Assembly: GCA_964291415.2 (NCBI GenBank)
Contig: OZ219917.1
Coordinates: forward strand, 672,001 to 736,000
From: Alphaproteobacteria bacterium
Lineage (GTDB): Bacteria > Pseudomonadota > Alphaproteobacteria > SP197
Direction: 5' to 3'
Length of the DNA: 64,000 nucleotides
Shown: one piece after another, positions 10,854 through 20,312 of the stretch
Numbering within the stretch: the first letter of the stretch is position 1
Layout of the letters: each line of letters begins with the position of its first letter
Translations under genes and position numbers: made by a program
Notes under the pieces: model-generated
Database searches by the model: none
What the model saw: the letters and a program-made list of their open reading frames with translations, nothing else
Told to the model about the DNA's origin: nothing

Positions 10854-10888
10854 GTCATAACGACTGTGCCGCGGCGGGTTTCCTCTGC

Positions 10889-11003
10889 TGGCGAAACGTC
10901 CTCGTCATGGCTCTCGCGATCTCGGTTCCGATGAGCTACATCGGCAGGACACAATCGATGCGCGGCGTGTCTGGACCGGGGGTCTGCTGAACCGCGTGCT
11001 GTT
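10889..11003 (+). pseudogene. Decayed internal fragment of the PotB-type permease
   Basis: WRNVLVMALAISVPMSYIGRTQSMRGV vs WRNALVIALAIPLLMSYIIKIYAMRGV at 8371; nucleotide similarity continues to CTGAAC. Confidence 0.8.
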
Positions 11004-11094
11004 ATGCACCGCGGCAGGGTCCGTTCTCCAGCCCTGGCGAGAACACCGCCATCTTGGGGCGGGAGGACAACCTCTCAGGAAGGGGGAATGTGAC

Positions 11095-11871
11095 ATGAAG
11101 CGCTTCGAGGATGAGGTGGCGCTCGTCACTGGCGCGGCGCGAGGCATCGGCCTTGCCATTGCGGCACGCCTGCTGACAGAGGGCGCATACGTCTTCCTCG
11201 CCGACATTGATGGTGACGAGGCGGAACGGGCTATTGACCGGTTGCCGGCCAACGATGTGACCCGCGCGAGCGCCGTCACTCTGGACATCACCGATCCGAT
11301 CGCCTGCCAGCGTACCATCGACGGCATCAGTGAGGAGCACGGGCGTCTTGACGTGCTCGTCAACAATGCCGCGATCCTCGACATCAGCCCGATCGGGGGG
11401 CTGACGATCGACCGTTTTCGCGAGGTCATGCGAGTCAATTTCGACGGCGCGCTGGTGTGCTCGCTCGCCGCCCTGCCGCTCATGGAGCGAGGCGGAGGAC
11501 GCATTCTGATGACGGCGAGCATCATGGGCCTGTCCGGCTCCCCTGATTCCCTTCCCTACAGCAGCGCCAAGGGAGGACTCGTGAACATGGTTCGTGCACT
11601 TGCCTGCGATCTGGCGCCCCGGGGGATCACAGTGAACGCCATCGCCCCGGGCTTCATCGATACTCGCATGGCCCTCCGCTCCGACGGCGGCAACGCGCAC
11701 GATACCGAGTACTTCAAGGTGGTGTATCTGGAACACCGCAAGATCCCGCTCGGCCGGGCTGGCTGTCCGGAAGACCTCGCCGGACCGGCGGCCTTTCTCG
11801 TCTCGAGCGACGCCGCCTACATCACCGGCCAGATTCTCGTGGTGGATGGCGGCGTCTCCGCCACTTTCTGA
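11095..11871 (+). CDS. Short-chain dehydrogenase/reductase, copy 2
   Basis: Same motifs as copy 1; 37 differences over 258 aa by manual count. Confidence 0.92.
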   Translation: MKRFEDEVALVTGAARGIGLAIAARLLTEGAYVFLADIDGDEAERAIDRLPANDVTRASAVTLDITDPIACQRTIDGISEEHGRLDVLVNNAAILDISPIGGLTIDRFREVMRVNFDGALVCSLAALPLMERGGGRILMTASIMGLSGSPDSLPYSSAKGGLVNMVRALACDLAPRGITVNAIAPGFIDTRMALRSDGGNAHDTEYFKVVYLEHRKIPLGRAGCPEDLAGPAAFLVSSDAAYITGQILVVDGGVSATF

Positions 11872-12001
11872 CACCGGCGCAATGCAAGGGCGGCCCTGCC
11901 GCGAAAGAAGACGCTGATCACGAGACCAGGCAACCGGACTTCCAGCCACGATCGGTCACGATCAAGGCAGAGGTCCTGCTCACAACGGAAATCTGCCGAA
12001 T

Positions 12002-13585
12002 TCAGGCCGCAGGCAGCATGTTCTCGCGCGGAAGGAAGATGTCGTAGCGTTCGCGGATGGCGGCGTCGGTCGCTTCCGGAATGTGGGCCGGATAGTACGA
12101 GGAGAGCAGCGTGTCCTTGCGTCCGATCGCCTTCGACACGAGGTCGGGACGGTCGTTCTCCAGCCATTCCTTCGGGCTCGATCGGTCGCCGACCGTCGGG
12201 TAGACATACTCGGTCTGCATCAGCCTCAGGGTCTGGTCGGCGCCCAGATAGTGGCCGGGGCCGCCGAGGCATACCTCCTTCATCGTGTCGAGCGCCATGG
12301 TCTCGTCATTGACCTCGATGCCGCGCACGCAGCGCATGCAGGCGCCGATGACGTCGTTGTCGACGAAGAGGGCCTCGAGGCAGTGCGACAGCAGGGACGA
12401 ATGCATGCCGACGCTCTCGTAGACGAGGTTGAGCCCGGAGAGTCCGGCCATGACATTGGCAAGGCCCCGTTCGTAACCGGCCTGCATGTCCATCTCCTTG
12501 GAATCGGACATCGCGCAGGCCGATCCTCCCGGGAGATCGTAGTAGCGCGCCATCTGTCCGCAGGCAGCGGTGAGCAAACCCTGTTCCGGTGAACCGCCGG
12601 ACATGGCGCCGGTGCGCAGATCGGAGACAAAGGGCCAGGTGCCGAAGATGGCCGGATGGCCGGGGGAGAGCGCGTTGACGTAGACGAGGCCGGCCAGGCA
12701 CTCGGCCACCGCCTGCACGACCGCGCCGGCAAGGGGTGCGGGCGCGGTGGCGCCGGCCTGGCCCGCCGAGAGCAGCAGGATCGGCATGCCGCCCCGGATC
12801 ACTGTTTCCATCACCAGGCAGCTCTCGGTGGCGAACTTCATCGGCGGCACGACGAAGCAGTTCGAGTTCGAAACAAAGGGACGCTGCCGCCAGGTTTCCT
12901 CGGATCCGGCGACCATGTGGAGCATGTCGAGTCCCTCGGCGGCGTGGTCAGCCGCAGTGAAGGCCGTGCCGATATGCTTGGTGGTGCCCGAGATGCAGGC
13001 GTAGAGCGTGTTGAGGTCCATGTCGCGCGGATCGACCGTGTCGCGCGGCGTCAGGGTGCGCTGGAAGAAATGGATGTTGTCGAGAGAATCGACGATGCGT
13101 GCCGAATCATAGAGGTCCTGAACGGTCGGTTCGCGGTTCTCACGTGTCGCCGGGTCGTAGACGAAGACGGCGGCGCCGGCGGTGCCGAAGTGCACGCGGT
13201 ACCCTCCCGGACGTATGTCGTGGAGCGGATCCTGGCCATGAAGCGTGAAGTCGCGCGCCGCGATGGCGACCATGTCCTCGACAAGGGCTCGCGGGAAACG
13301 AATGCGGCCATCGTCGCCGGCGATGGCGCCGGCGCCCGTGAGAATCTCGACGCCGCTCGGAGGAGCTTCGATCAGGCCGACCTCCTCGAGGGCGGCAAGG
13401 GCCGTGTTGTTGATCTTCTCCATGTCGGCGTCGCTGAGCGGCCTGTAGGTCCCGCCCTCGAGACCGGGTCTCACCGGCCTCATGTTGTCGGGCAAGGGCG
13501 CGGCACGCGCCGCCTTGCGGGCGGCACGTCCTCCGCCGCGGCGGCTGCGCCGGGGAGAGGTGTCGGCAGATTCGCGGTCGGTCAT
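12002..13585 (-). CDS. mttB: Trimethylamine methyltransferase MttB family protein, non-pyrrolysine (glycine betaine MtgB-like)
   Basis: Arg-rich RRGGGRAARKAAR N-terminus, AGATAPAPLAG, DLRTGAMSGGSPE, SDSK..DMQAGYE, GGPGHYLG; no internal TAG. Confidence 0.88.
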   Translation of the reverse strand: MTDRESADTSPRRSRRGGGRAARKAARAAPLPDNMRPVRPGLEGGTYRPLSDADMEKINNTALAALEEVGLIEAPPSGVEILTGAGAIAGDDGRIRFPRALVEDMVAIAARDFTLHGQDPLHDIRPGGYRVHFGTAGAAVFVYDPATRENREPTVQDLYDSARIVDSLDNIHFFQRTLTPRDTVDPRDMDLNTLYACISGTTKHIGTAFTAADHAAEGLDMLHMVAGSEETWRQRPFVSNSNCFVVPPMKFATESCLVMETVIRGGMPILLLSAGQAGATAPAPLAGAVVQAVAECLAGLVYVNALSPGHPAIFGTWPFVSDLRTGAMSGGSPEQGLLTAACGQMARYYDLPGGSACAMSDSKEMDMQAGYERGLANVMAGLSGLNLVYESVGMHSSLLSHCLEALFVDNDVIGACMRCVRGIEVNDETMALDTMKEVCLGGPGHYLGADQTLRLMQTEYVYPTVGDRSSPKEWLENDRPDLVSKAIGRKDTLLSSYYPAHIPEATDAAIRERYDIFLPRENMLPAA

Positions 13586-13595
13586 GGCCTTTTTC

Positions 13596-16046
13596 CTACA
13601 TGCGCACACGCTCGGACTTGGGATCGTACATGGGTCTCAGCGAGGCGCGGGCGGCGGTTCTCGTCCCGGCGACCTCGATTTCGAAGGAAGACGCAAGGAG
13701 ACCGTCGGTCGATTCGCCTGATTCAAGGGGAACGTAGCCCATGCCGATGGCGCCGCCGAGATGGTGACCGTAGTTGCCGGATGTCAGGTAGCTGACGATG
13801 CGGCCGTCCCGCACGATCGGCTCGTTGTGGTAGAGCAGGGGTTCCGGGTCCTCGAGCATGAACTGCACCATGCGCCGTTCCAGGCCCTCGTCCTTCTTCC
13901 TGAGGACGGCGTCCCGGCCGATGAAGTCGGGCTTCTGCACACGTACGGCAAACCCCAGGCCCGCCTCGAGCACGTGATCCTCGTCCGTGATGTCGTGGCC
14001 GAAATGCCGGAAGGCTTTCTCGATGCGGCAGCTGTCGAGGACATGGAGGCCGGCGAGACGCAGATCGAAGGGCCGGCCCGCTTCCTCCAGCGTCTCGAAG
14101 ACATGGGCCGCCATCTCGGTGCTGACGTAGAGTTCCCATCCGAGTTCGCCGACGTAGCTGACCCGGTGGGCGCGGCAGATGGCGTAACCGATCTCGATTT
14201 CCCGCATGGTTCCGAAGGGGTGGTGATCGTTTGAAAGGTCTGCCGGAGAGCAGGCGTTGAGCACGTCGCGCGATCGCGGGCCCATGAGACACAGCACCGC
14301 TTCTGCGGCCGTGACGTCGGTGTAGACGACGTGTGCGTCGTCCGGCGTGTGACGCTTCAGCCAAGCGAGGTCCCGCATCAGGGTCGCCCCGGGGGTGACG
14401 ATGAGAAAGGCCGTCTCGGAGAGCCTTGTGACGGTGCAGTCGCACTCGATCCCGCCGCGGTGGTTGAGGAACTGGGTGTAGACGAGACGTCCCGTCTCGA
14501 CGTCGATCTCGTTGGCGCAGATGCGGTTCAGTACCGCCGCGGCGTCCGCGCCCTCGGCCCGGATCTTGCCGAACGACGTCATGTCGAAGAGACCGACGCC
14601 CGTTCTCACTGCAAGATGCTCGTCGTGCGCGCAGCCGAACCAGTTCTGCCGCTTCCACGTGTAGCGGTACTCGGGCTCCATGCCGTCGCGGGCGAACCAG
14701 TTGGCGCGTTCCCAGCCGGCCACGACACCGAAGCAGGCCCCGCGGGTCTTCAGGTGATCGTGGATCGGCGACCGGCGCACGCCGCGGGCGGTCTGCGGTT
14801 GGCGGTAGGGAAAGTGGTCGGCATAGAGCAGGCCGAGCGATTCGCTCACCCTGTCCCTGAGATAGGTCCGGTTTCGCTGGAAAGGCTGGACGCGGCGGAT
14901 GTCGACATCCCACAAATCGAAAGGCGGCTCGCCGTCCTCGATCCACTGTGCCAGCGCCATGCCCGCGCCGCCTGACGACACAATGCCGATGGAGTTGTAG
15001 CCGCAGGCGACGAAGTAGCCCCTCAGCTCCGGCGCTTCGCCCAGGTAGTAGCTGTTGTCCGGCGTGAAACTCTCCGGTCCGTTGAAGAACGTGTGGATGC
15101 CGGCCTCGGCCAGCATCGGCATGCGGTTGATCGCCTTTTCGAGAACCGGTTCAAAATGGGCGATATCCTCGGGCAGCTGGTCGAAACAGAAATCCTCCGG
15201 GATTCCATCCATGCCCCAGGGCTTGGCGTCCGGCTCGAAGGCGCCGAGCATCATCTTGCCCGCGTCCTCCTTGTAGTAGGCCCATTCGTCGGGCACCCGG
15301 AGAACCGGCAGCCGGCCGAGTCCTTCCACCGGCTCGGTAACGATGTAGAAGTGCTCGCAGGCATGAAGCGGGATGTTCACTCCCGAGAGGGCGCCGAGGT
15401 CGCGCGCCCACATGCCGGCGCAGTTCACCACGACATCGCTGGCGATGGTTCCCCTGGCGCCGTCGGATTCCCATGAGACCCCGGTCACCCGTCCGTCTGC
15501 CCGGTGCACATCCGTGACCTTGACGCCTTCGGCAATCTTCACGCCACGCTGACGGGCGCCCGCGGCCAGGGCGAGGGCGATGTTGGCAGGGTCGCACTGA
15601 CCGTCATGGGGGAGGTGGACGGCGCCCACGACATCCTTGACGTTGAGCCACGGATAGAGATCACCTGCTTCGCCGGGCGAGATCTCGTTGACCTCGATGC
15701 CGAAGGCACGGGCCAGCGAGGCCGTGCGGGTGATCTCCTCGAGCCGCTCGCTGGTGAGAGCCACGGTGATGGAGCCGTTCTGGCGCATGCCGGTGGCGAC
15801 ACCGGTCTCCTCCTCGAGCCTGACGTAGAGGTCCGCCGAGTACTTCGCCAGCCGTGTCATGTTCTGTCCCGACCGCAACTGTCCGACCAGGCCGGCAGCA
15901 TGCCACGTGGTGCCTGAAGTCAGCTGCTGTCTTTCGAGGAGAACAACGTCCTGCCAGCCGAGTTTGGCGAGATGATAGGCGACTGACGAACCCGACACGC
16001 CTCCACCGACGATGACGGCGCGGGCCTTGCTTGGAAGATCCGTCAT
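13596..16046 (-). CDS. GcvT-domain FAD-dependent oxidoreductase (sarcosine/dimethylglycine dehydrogenase-like)
   Basis: VGGGVSG, TSGTTWHAAG, NGPESFTPD, GWERANWF, SYVGELGWE, RIEKAFRHFG. Confidence 0.92.
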   Translation of the reverse strand: MTDLPSKARAVIVGGGVSGSSVAYHLAKLGWQDVVLLERQQLTSGTTWHAAGLVGQLRSGQNMTRLAKYSADLYVRLEEETGVATGMRQNGSITVALTSERLEEITRTASLARAFGIEVNEISPGEAGDLYPWLNVKDVVGAVHLPHDGQCDPANIALALAAGARQRGVKIAEGVKVTDVHRADGRVTGVSWESDGARGTIASDVVVNCAGMWARDLGALSGVNIPLHACEHFYIVTEPVEGLGRLPVLRVPDEWAYYKEDAGKMMLGAFEPDAKPWGMDGIPEDFCFDQLPEDIAHFEPVLEKAINRMPMLAEAGIHTFFNGPESFTPDNSYYLGEAPELRGYFVACGYNSIGIVSSGGAGMALAQWIEDGEPPFDLWDVDIRRVQPFQRNRTYLRDRVSESLGLLYADHFPYRQPQTARGVRRSPIHDHLKTRGACFGVVAGWERANWFARDGMEPEYRYTWKRQNWFGCAHDEHLAVRTGVGLFDMTSFGKIRAEGADAAAVLNRICANEIDVETGRLVYTQFLNHRGGIECDCTVTRLSETAFLIVTPGATLMRDLAWLKRHTPDDAHVVYTDVTAAEAVLCLMGPRSRDVLNACSPADLSNDHHPFGTMREIEIGYAICRAHRVSYVGELGWELYVSTEMAAHVFETLEEAGRPFDLRLAGLHVLDSCRIEKAFRHFGHDITDEDHVLEAGLGFAVRVQKPDFIGRDAVLRKKDEGLERRMVQFMLEDPEPLLYHNEPIVRDGRIVSYLTSGNYGHHLGGAIGMGYVPLESGESTDGLLASSFEIEVAGTRTAARASLRPMYDPKSERVRM

Positions 16047-18496
16047 GGTCCTTGGTCCTTCAGTGAGAGATTTTCGGGGTCGAAGAGCGGCTGGTCGGGC
16101 TGCACGGTGGCCGGATAGCGGCGGCCGTACATCTCGATTTCCAGGCGGGTGCCGGGCTCAGAGCAATCGTGTCTCACCATGCCGAGCGCGATGGATTTGC
16201 CGATCCGGTGTCCCCAGCCGCCGGAGGTGGTTTCTCCGACCATGGCGTCGTCCTTCCAGATGGTGGACATGTAGGGAGCATCATAGGCACCCGCCTCGAC
16301 GGTCATGATGGCGAAGCGTTTCGCGACTCCCTGCTGGCGCTGGTTTTCCAGCGCGGGCTTGCCCCTGAAGGAGTCCTTGTCCCACTTGACGAAGCGTTCG
16401 AGGCCGCCCTCGAGAATGGTGTAGTCCGTCGACAGGTCCGCCTTCCAGGCACGGTAGCCTTTCTCCAGGCGCAGGCTGTTGAGAGCGAACATGCCGAAGG
16501 GCCTGAGATCGTGGCGCTGACCGGCTTCGAGCAGCGCATCGTAGACGGCGGGTGTGTCGGCAGCCTCGCTGTGGATCTCCCAGCCAAGCGCGCCGGCATA
16601 GGACACTCGGATCAGCAGCACGGTTGCGCCGGCGATCGTCGTCTCCTGCCAGGTGAGCCACGGAAGGGTGAGATCGGCATCGCAGAGGTCACCGATGAGG
16701 GCGCGGGCATGGGGCCCGGAGACGATCTGGCAGCACCGCCTTCCTGTCTGGTTCTCCAGGGTCAGGCAAGATCGTGCCGGCAGGTGTTTCACCAGCCAGT
16801 CGCGGTCGTGCCACTGCGCGGCGCCCGCACTGATGAGGTACATCTCGTTTTCGTCGAGACGGATGATCGAGAGTTCGGTGATGATCCTTCCGGCATCGTC
16901 GGCGAAATAGCCCAATCCCAGACGGCCGACCCGCGGCACGCCGCCCGTGATCATCTCCCGCAGCCAGTCCCGCGCCCCGTCGCCTTTCAGGTGAAACCAG
17001 GAGAAGCCCGCAAGATCGAGAACGCCCACGGCATCGCGCACGGCGAGGCATTCCTCGCGAATCCGCGGAAACCAGGGACCATCGCGCTCCCAGGTCTGCG
17101 TCGCCTCCTCGGAGGTGTCGTCTCCAGGACGGGCAAACCAGTTGGCGCGTTCCCATCCGCCATAGGCGCCCATCTGCCCCCCCATGGCCCGGATCCTGTC
17201 GTGGACCGGCGACACGCGCTTGTCGCGTCCGGCGGGCCAGGCGTGATGCGGGAAGTGCATGGCATACTCGTGGCCGTAGACCTCGATGCCCTTGGCGATG
17301 GCGTGATCCCGGTCGGCGTAGTCGGTGAATCGGCGTGGATCGCAGGACCACATGTCCCACTCGGTGGCGCCCTCGGTCACCCATTCGGCAAGCACCTTGC
17401 CGGCGCCCCCCGCCTGGGCAATGCCGAAGGTGAAGACGCAGGCCTCGAAGGCGTCCGGCACGCCCGGCATGGGACCGATCAGGGGATTGCCGTCCGGCGC
17501 ATAGGGGATTGGTCCGTTGATGGTCCGGCTGACGCCGCCCTCGGCGAGCAACGGCACCCTCGCCATGGCGTCCTCGATGTACCACGCGAGACGTTCGAGA
17601 TCCTCGGGGTAGAGCATGAAGGAGAAATCCTCCGGCATGGGATCGTCGTCGCTGATCCAGTGGGCACGGCAGTTTCTCTCGTAGGGGCCGAGATTGAGGC
17701 CGGACTTCTCCTGGCGCAGGTAGTAGCTGCTGTCGACATCCCGCAGCAGGGGAAGCTTGCGTCCGGTCCTTTCCGTGTAGGCCTTCAGTTCGGGGATGTC
17801 CCCGGTGATCATGTACTGGTGCGCCATGGCGACGACCGGCACCTCGCGGCCGAACATGGCGCCGACCTCTCCGGCACGATAACCGGCGGCATTCACCACG
17901 TACTGGCAGCGGATGTCGCCACCGGTCGTTTCCACCACCCATTCGCTGTCGCGCCGCACCCCGGTGACCGGGCAGAACCGCACGACGCTGGCGCCGAGGT
18001 CGCGCGCGCCCTTGGCCAGGGCCTGGGTCAGCTGGGCCGGATCGATGTCGCCGTCGTAGGGATCATAGAGGCCGCCGGCGAGATCGTGGGTCTCGAGATA
18101 GGGATAGAGTTCCTTCAGCTCGTCCGTCGTGCAGGTCCTGACATCCATGCCCTGGTAGCGGCCCATGCCGACCACCCTCTCGAACTCCAGCATGCGGTTG
18201 TCGGAATGCGCCAGGCGGATCGATCCGGTCACATGATAGTTCATCGGATAATCGACCGCCTCGGCGAGACCTCGGTAGAGTTCGGCCGAGTAGCGCTGCA
18301 TGTTCATGACCGACCAGCTGGCCGAGAAGGTCGGCACGTTGCCGGCGGCATGCCAGGTCGAGCCGGCGGTCAGTTCGTTCTTCTCGAGCAGCACGCAGTC
18401 GGTCCAGCCGGCGCGTGCCAGGTGATAGAGGCACGAGGCTCCCACGGCGCCGCCGCCGATGATCACCACCCGTGCGGTTCCCGGTAAGTCCGCCAT
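16043..18496 (-). CDS. GcvT-domain FAD-dependent oxidoreductase (dimethylglycine dehydrogenase-like)
   Basis: IIGGGAVG, TAGSTWHAAG, NGPIPYAPDG, GWERANWF, RLEKGYRAW; GGAG RBS; ATGA-coupled to the next gene. Confidence 0.92.
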   Translation of the reverse strand: MADLPGTARVVIIGGGAVGASCLYHLARAGWTDCVLLEKNELTAGSTWHAAGNVPTFSASWSVMNMQRYSAELYRGLAEAVDYPMNYHVTGSIRLAHSDNRMLEFERVVGMGRYQGMDVRTCTTDELKELYPYLETHDLAGGLYDPYDGDIDPAQLTQALAKGARDLGASVVRFCPVTGVRRDSEWVVETTGGDIRCQYVVNAAGYRAGEVGAMFGREVPVVAMAHQYMITGDIPELKAYTERTGRKLPLLRDVDSSYYLRQEKSGLNLGPYERNCRAHWISDDDPMPEDFSFMLYPEDLERLAWYIEDAMARVPLLAEGGVSRTINGPIPYAPDGNPLIGPMPGVPDAFEACVFTFGIAQAGGAGKVLAEWVTEGATEWDMWSCDPRRFTDYADRDHAIAKGIEVYGHEYAMHFPHHAWPAGRDKRVSPVHDRIRAMGGQMGAYGGWERANWFARPGDDTSEEATQTWERDGPWFPRIREECLAVRDAVGVLDLAGFSWFHLKGDGARDWLREMITGGVPRVGRLGLGYFADDAGRIITELSIIRLDENEMYLISAGAAQWHDRDWLVKHLPARSCLTLENQTGRRCCQIVSGPHARALIGDLCDADLTLPWLTWQETTIAGATVLLIRVSYAGALGWEIHSEAADTPAVYDALLEAGQRHDLRPFGMFALNSLRLEKGYRAWKADLSTDYTILEGGLERFVKWDKDSFRGKPALENQRQQGVAKRFAIMTVEAGAYDAPYMSTIWKDDAMVGETTSGGWGHRIGKSIALGMVRHDCSEPGTRLEIEMYGRRYPATVQPDQPLFDPENLSLKDQGP

Positions 18497-18527
18497 CGCC
18501 ACTCCATCATCACCGGCGCCGGCCCGC

Positions 18528-18557
18528 AGTCTATCGACGGAAGGTATCCACCGACAA
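18528..18557 (-). promoter_or_regulatory. Candidate sigma70-type promoter TTGTCG-N18-TAGACT
   Basis: About 30 nt upstream of the ATG; the TAGACT context is retained in the duplicated copy near 27237-27266. Confidence 0.4.
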
Positions 18558-18618
18558 GCGCCTCCGCAGGTCGATTTTTCCAGCCAGCACCCGCAATGTC
18601 ACAGCGGCGACAGGCGGG

Positions 18619-18744
18619 ATGGTTGCCGCAGTGCCGACCGCGAACATGACGGCCTTTCGTGAGCATGCCGAAGCGGCAGCGGCGGTGTTCAGGCAACACG
18701 GAGCGCTCGCGGTGATCCAGCGCTGGGGCGACGACGTTGCCGAC
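18619..18744 (+). pseudogene. Fragment of a DUF1428 (YbaA-like) protein
   Basis: VAAVPTAN..AFREHAEAAAAVFRQHGAL.V.QRWGDDV matches my recollection of the DUF1428 N-terminal half; the remainder is absent. Confidence 0.65.
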
Positions 18745-19165
18745 CTCTGCCTCTTCCTGACCTCGCCGCTCGCCTGCAACACCCCGGCCAGAGCATCCTG
18801 GTCGACAGGGGCGAGTTTCTCGCGTGAGAGTCTGCTGTACGAACTGGTCTCGTGAAGGGAGTCGGTGTTCCTGGTCGCGAGCACACCGGCTGACCCGGGC
18901 GCACTTGACGCCGACGGCAAAGCTCTTCGAACCGTCGATTCAGTCGTCCCTGTCGCTGCGACCAACATACTGTTGAACGGAAGTAGTGCGACCTGCCGAG
19001 CCCTGAAGTTCTTCACCACAAGTCCGCCTGTGCTTTGCCGCCGTTGGCCGATTGATTACACTTGTCGTCGACACAAACATGTTTGGGCCTGACGGCCGTG
19101 CGGGTGCTCAAGAGAGATTGGAGCCCCTTCGCAGTTTCCAACACCAACTCGAGGAGGAGTTCGTC

Positions 19166-20269
19166 ATGTCAGCGTTCAGGAAACCAATCAGGACTACCGA
19201 GGGATCAGGAATGTTGCATGGGCTGACCCGGCGTTCGACCTTGGGCGCGCTCGCCGGCGCCGCAGCGGTGCCCTTTGTGCCCTCGCTGCCCGCCCGAGCC
19301 GACGGCGAGCTCGTTGTCGGTTCCTGGGGCGGAGTATGGGACGATACCGTTCAGCGTGCTGTGATCGATCCGCTCGTTGCCGAAACCGGTGCCGATGTCA
19401 GCATCCTGCCGGGCAGCAGCACCGACCAGTTCGCCAAGCTTCTGGCCAACCGGGAGGCACCGCCGTTCGACGTTCTCTACATCGATCTTGATGTGGCACT
19501 TCCCGGCTTTGCGCGGAACATGTTCATGCCGCTGTCGGCGGACGACATACCCAATCTCGCAAACGCCTACGGCACGTCCATCTACGGAAACGGCCAGGCG
19601 GTTGCCGCGAGCTTCGGCGGCATCAGCATTGTCTACGATAGTGCGCAGATTGAATCGGTCGATTCTTGGGGAGCCTTCGCCGATCCCGCCAATGCCGGAA
19701 TGTACGCCGTGCCGGAAATCGACAGTTGGGCGCTCTACGTCGTGTCCGCCTTTGCGAAACTACGCACCGGTGACGAGAACGATTTCGATGCAGGCTGGGC
19801 CGCCATGGTCGAGGTGGCACCACAGGCCGCGCTGATGGCGTCGGATTACGACGTGCGGCAGATCTTCGAACGCGGCGAAATCGCGTTCTCGCCCATGTAC
19901 CACGGCGAAGCCTACGTCATGTACCTGGCAGGGCAGGAGACCATTCGCCTCGCCAAGCCGAAGGAAGGCATGGTGGCGGTTCCCAACATGCTCGCGATTC
20001 CCGCCAACGCCCGCAACGCGTCGCTTGCGCAACGTTTCATTCACCATGCGCTTGCGCCATCGGCCCAGACCATCTTCGCCGAAGAGTACGCGTCGGCACC
20101 GTCCGTGAGCGGGGTTTCCCTGAGCGACGAACTCGTTCCGTGGATGCCGTTCGGTGATGAGGAGATGAACGCGCTGGTCCGACCAGACTGGGATGCCATC
20201 AACAAGAGGCGCGACGAGCTGATCCAGAGGTGGAACCAGGAGATCATTCCGATCGTCGGCATGGGCTGA
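19166..20269 (+). CDS. PotD-like ABC substrate-binding protein, Tat-exported
   Basis: TRRSTLGALAGAAA twin-arginine signal, LVVGSWGG, PKEG, PDWDAIN; GAGGAGG RBS. Confidence 0.85.
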   Translation: MSAFRKPIRTTEGSGMLHGLTRRSTLGALAGAAAVPFVPSLPARADGELVVGSWGGVWDDTVQRAVIDPLVAETGADVSILPGSSTDQFAKLLANREAPPFDVLYIDLDVALPGFARNMFMPLSADDIPNLANAYGTSIYGNGQAVAASFGGISIVYDSAQIESVDSWGAFADPANAGMYAVPEIDSWALYVVSAFAKLRTGDENDFDAGWAAMVEVAPQAALMASDYDVRQIFERGEIAFSPMYHGEAYVMYLAGQETIRLAKPKEGMVAVPNMLAIPANARNASLAQRFIHHALAPSAQTIFAEEYASAPSVSGVSLSDELVPWMPFGDEEMNALVRPDWDAINKRRDELIQRWNQEIIPIVGMG

Positions 20270-20312
20270 ACCCGGTCGACATCGGACGCGTCTTCCGAAA
20301 GCGAGTCCGGAC

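Larger units (their letters stand above)
9720..12195 (+). repeat. Degenerate tandem direct duplication (about 9720-10853 vs about 11065-12195)
   Basis: The SDR gene, its downstream intergenic sequence and the mttB 3' end align between the two units at an offset of about 1344 nt. Confidence 0.9.

Noticed and set aside
12002-13585. Pyrrolysine-containing trimethylamine methyltransferase
   Set aside because: Uninterrupted ORF with Met at the inferred Pyl site and no pyl genes
16169-18487. 772-aa antisense ORF, and similar ones at 719-2890, 8433-9947, 25296-26672 and 27486-28928
   Set aside because: Stop-free shadows expected opposite high-GC genes; no recognisable motifs
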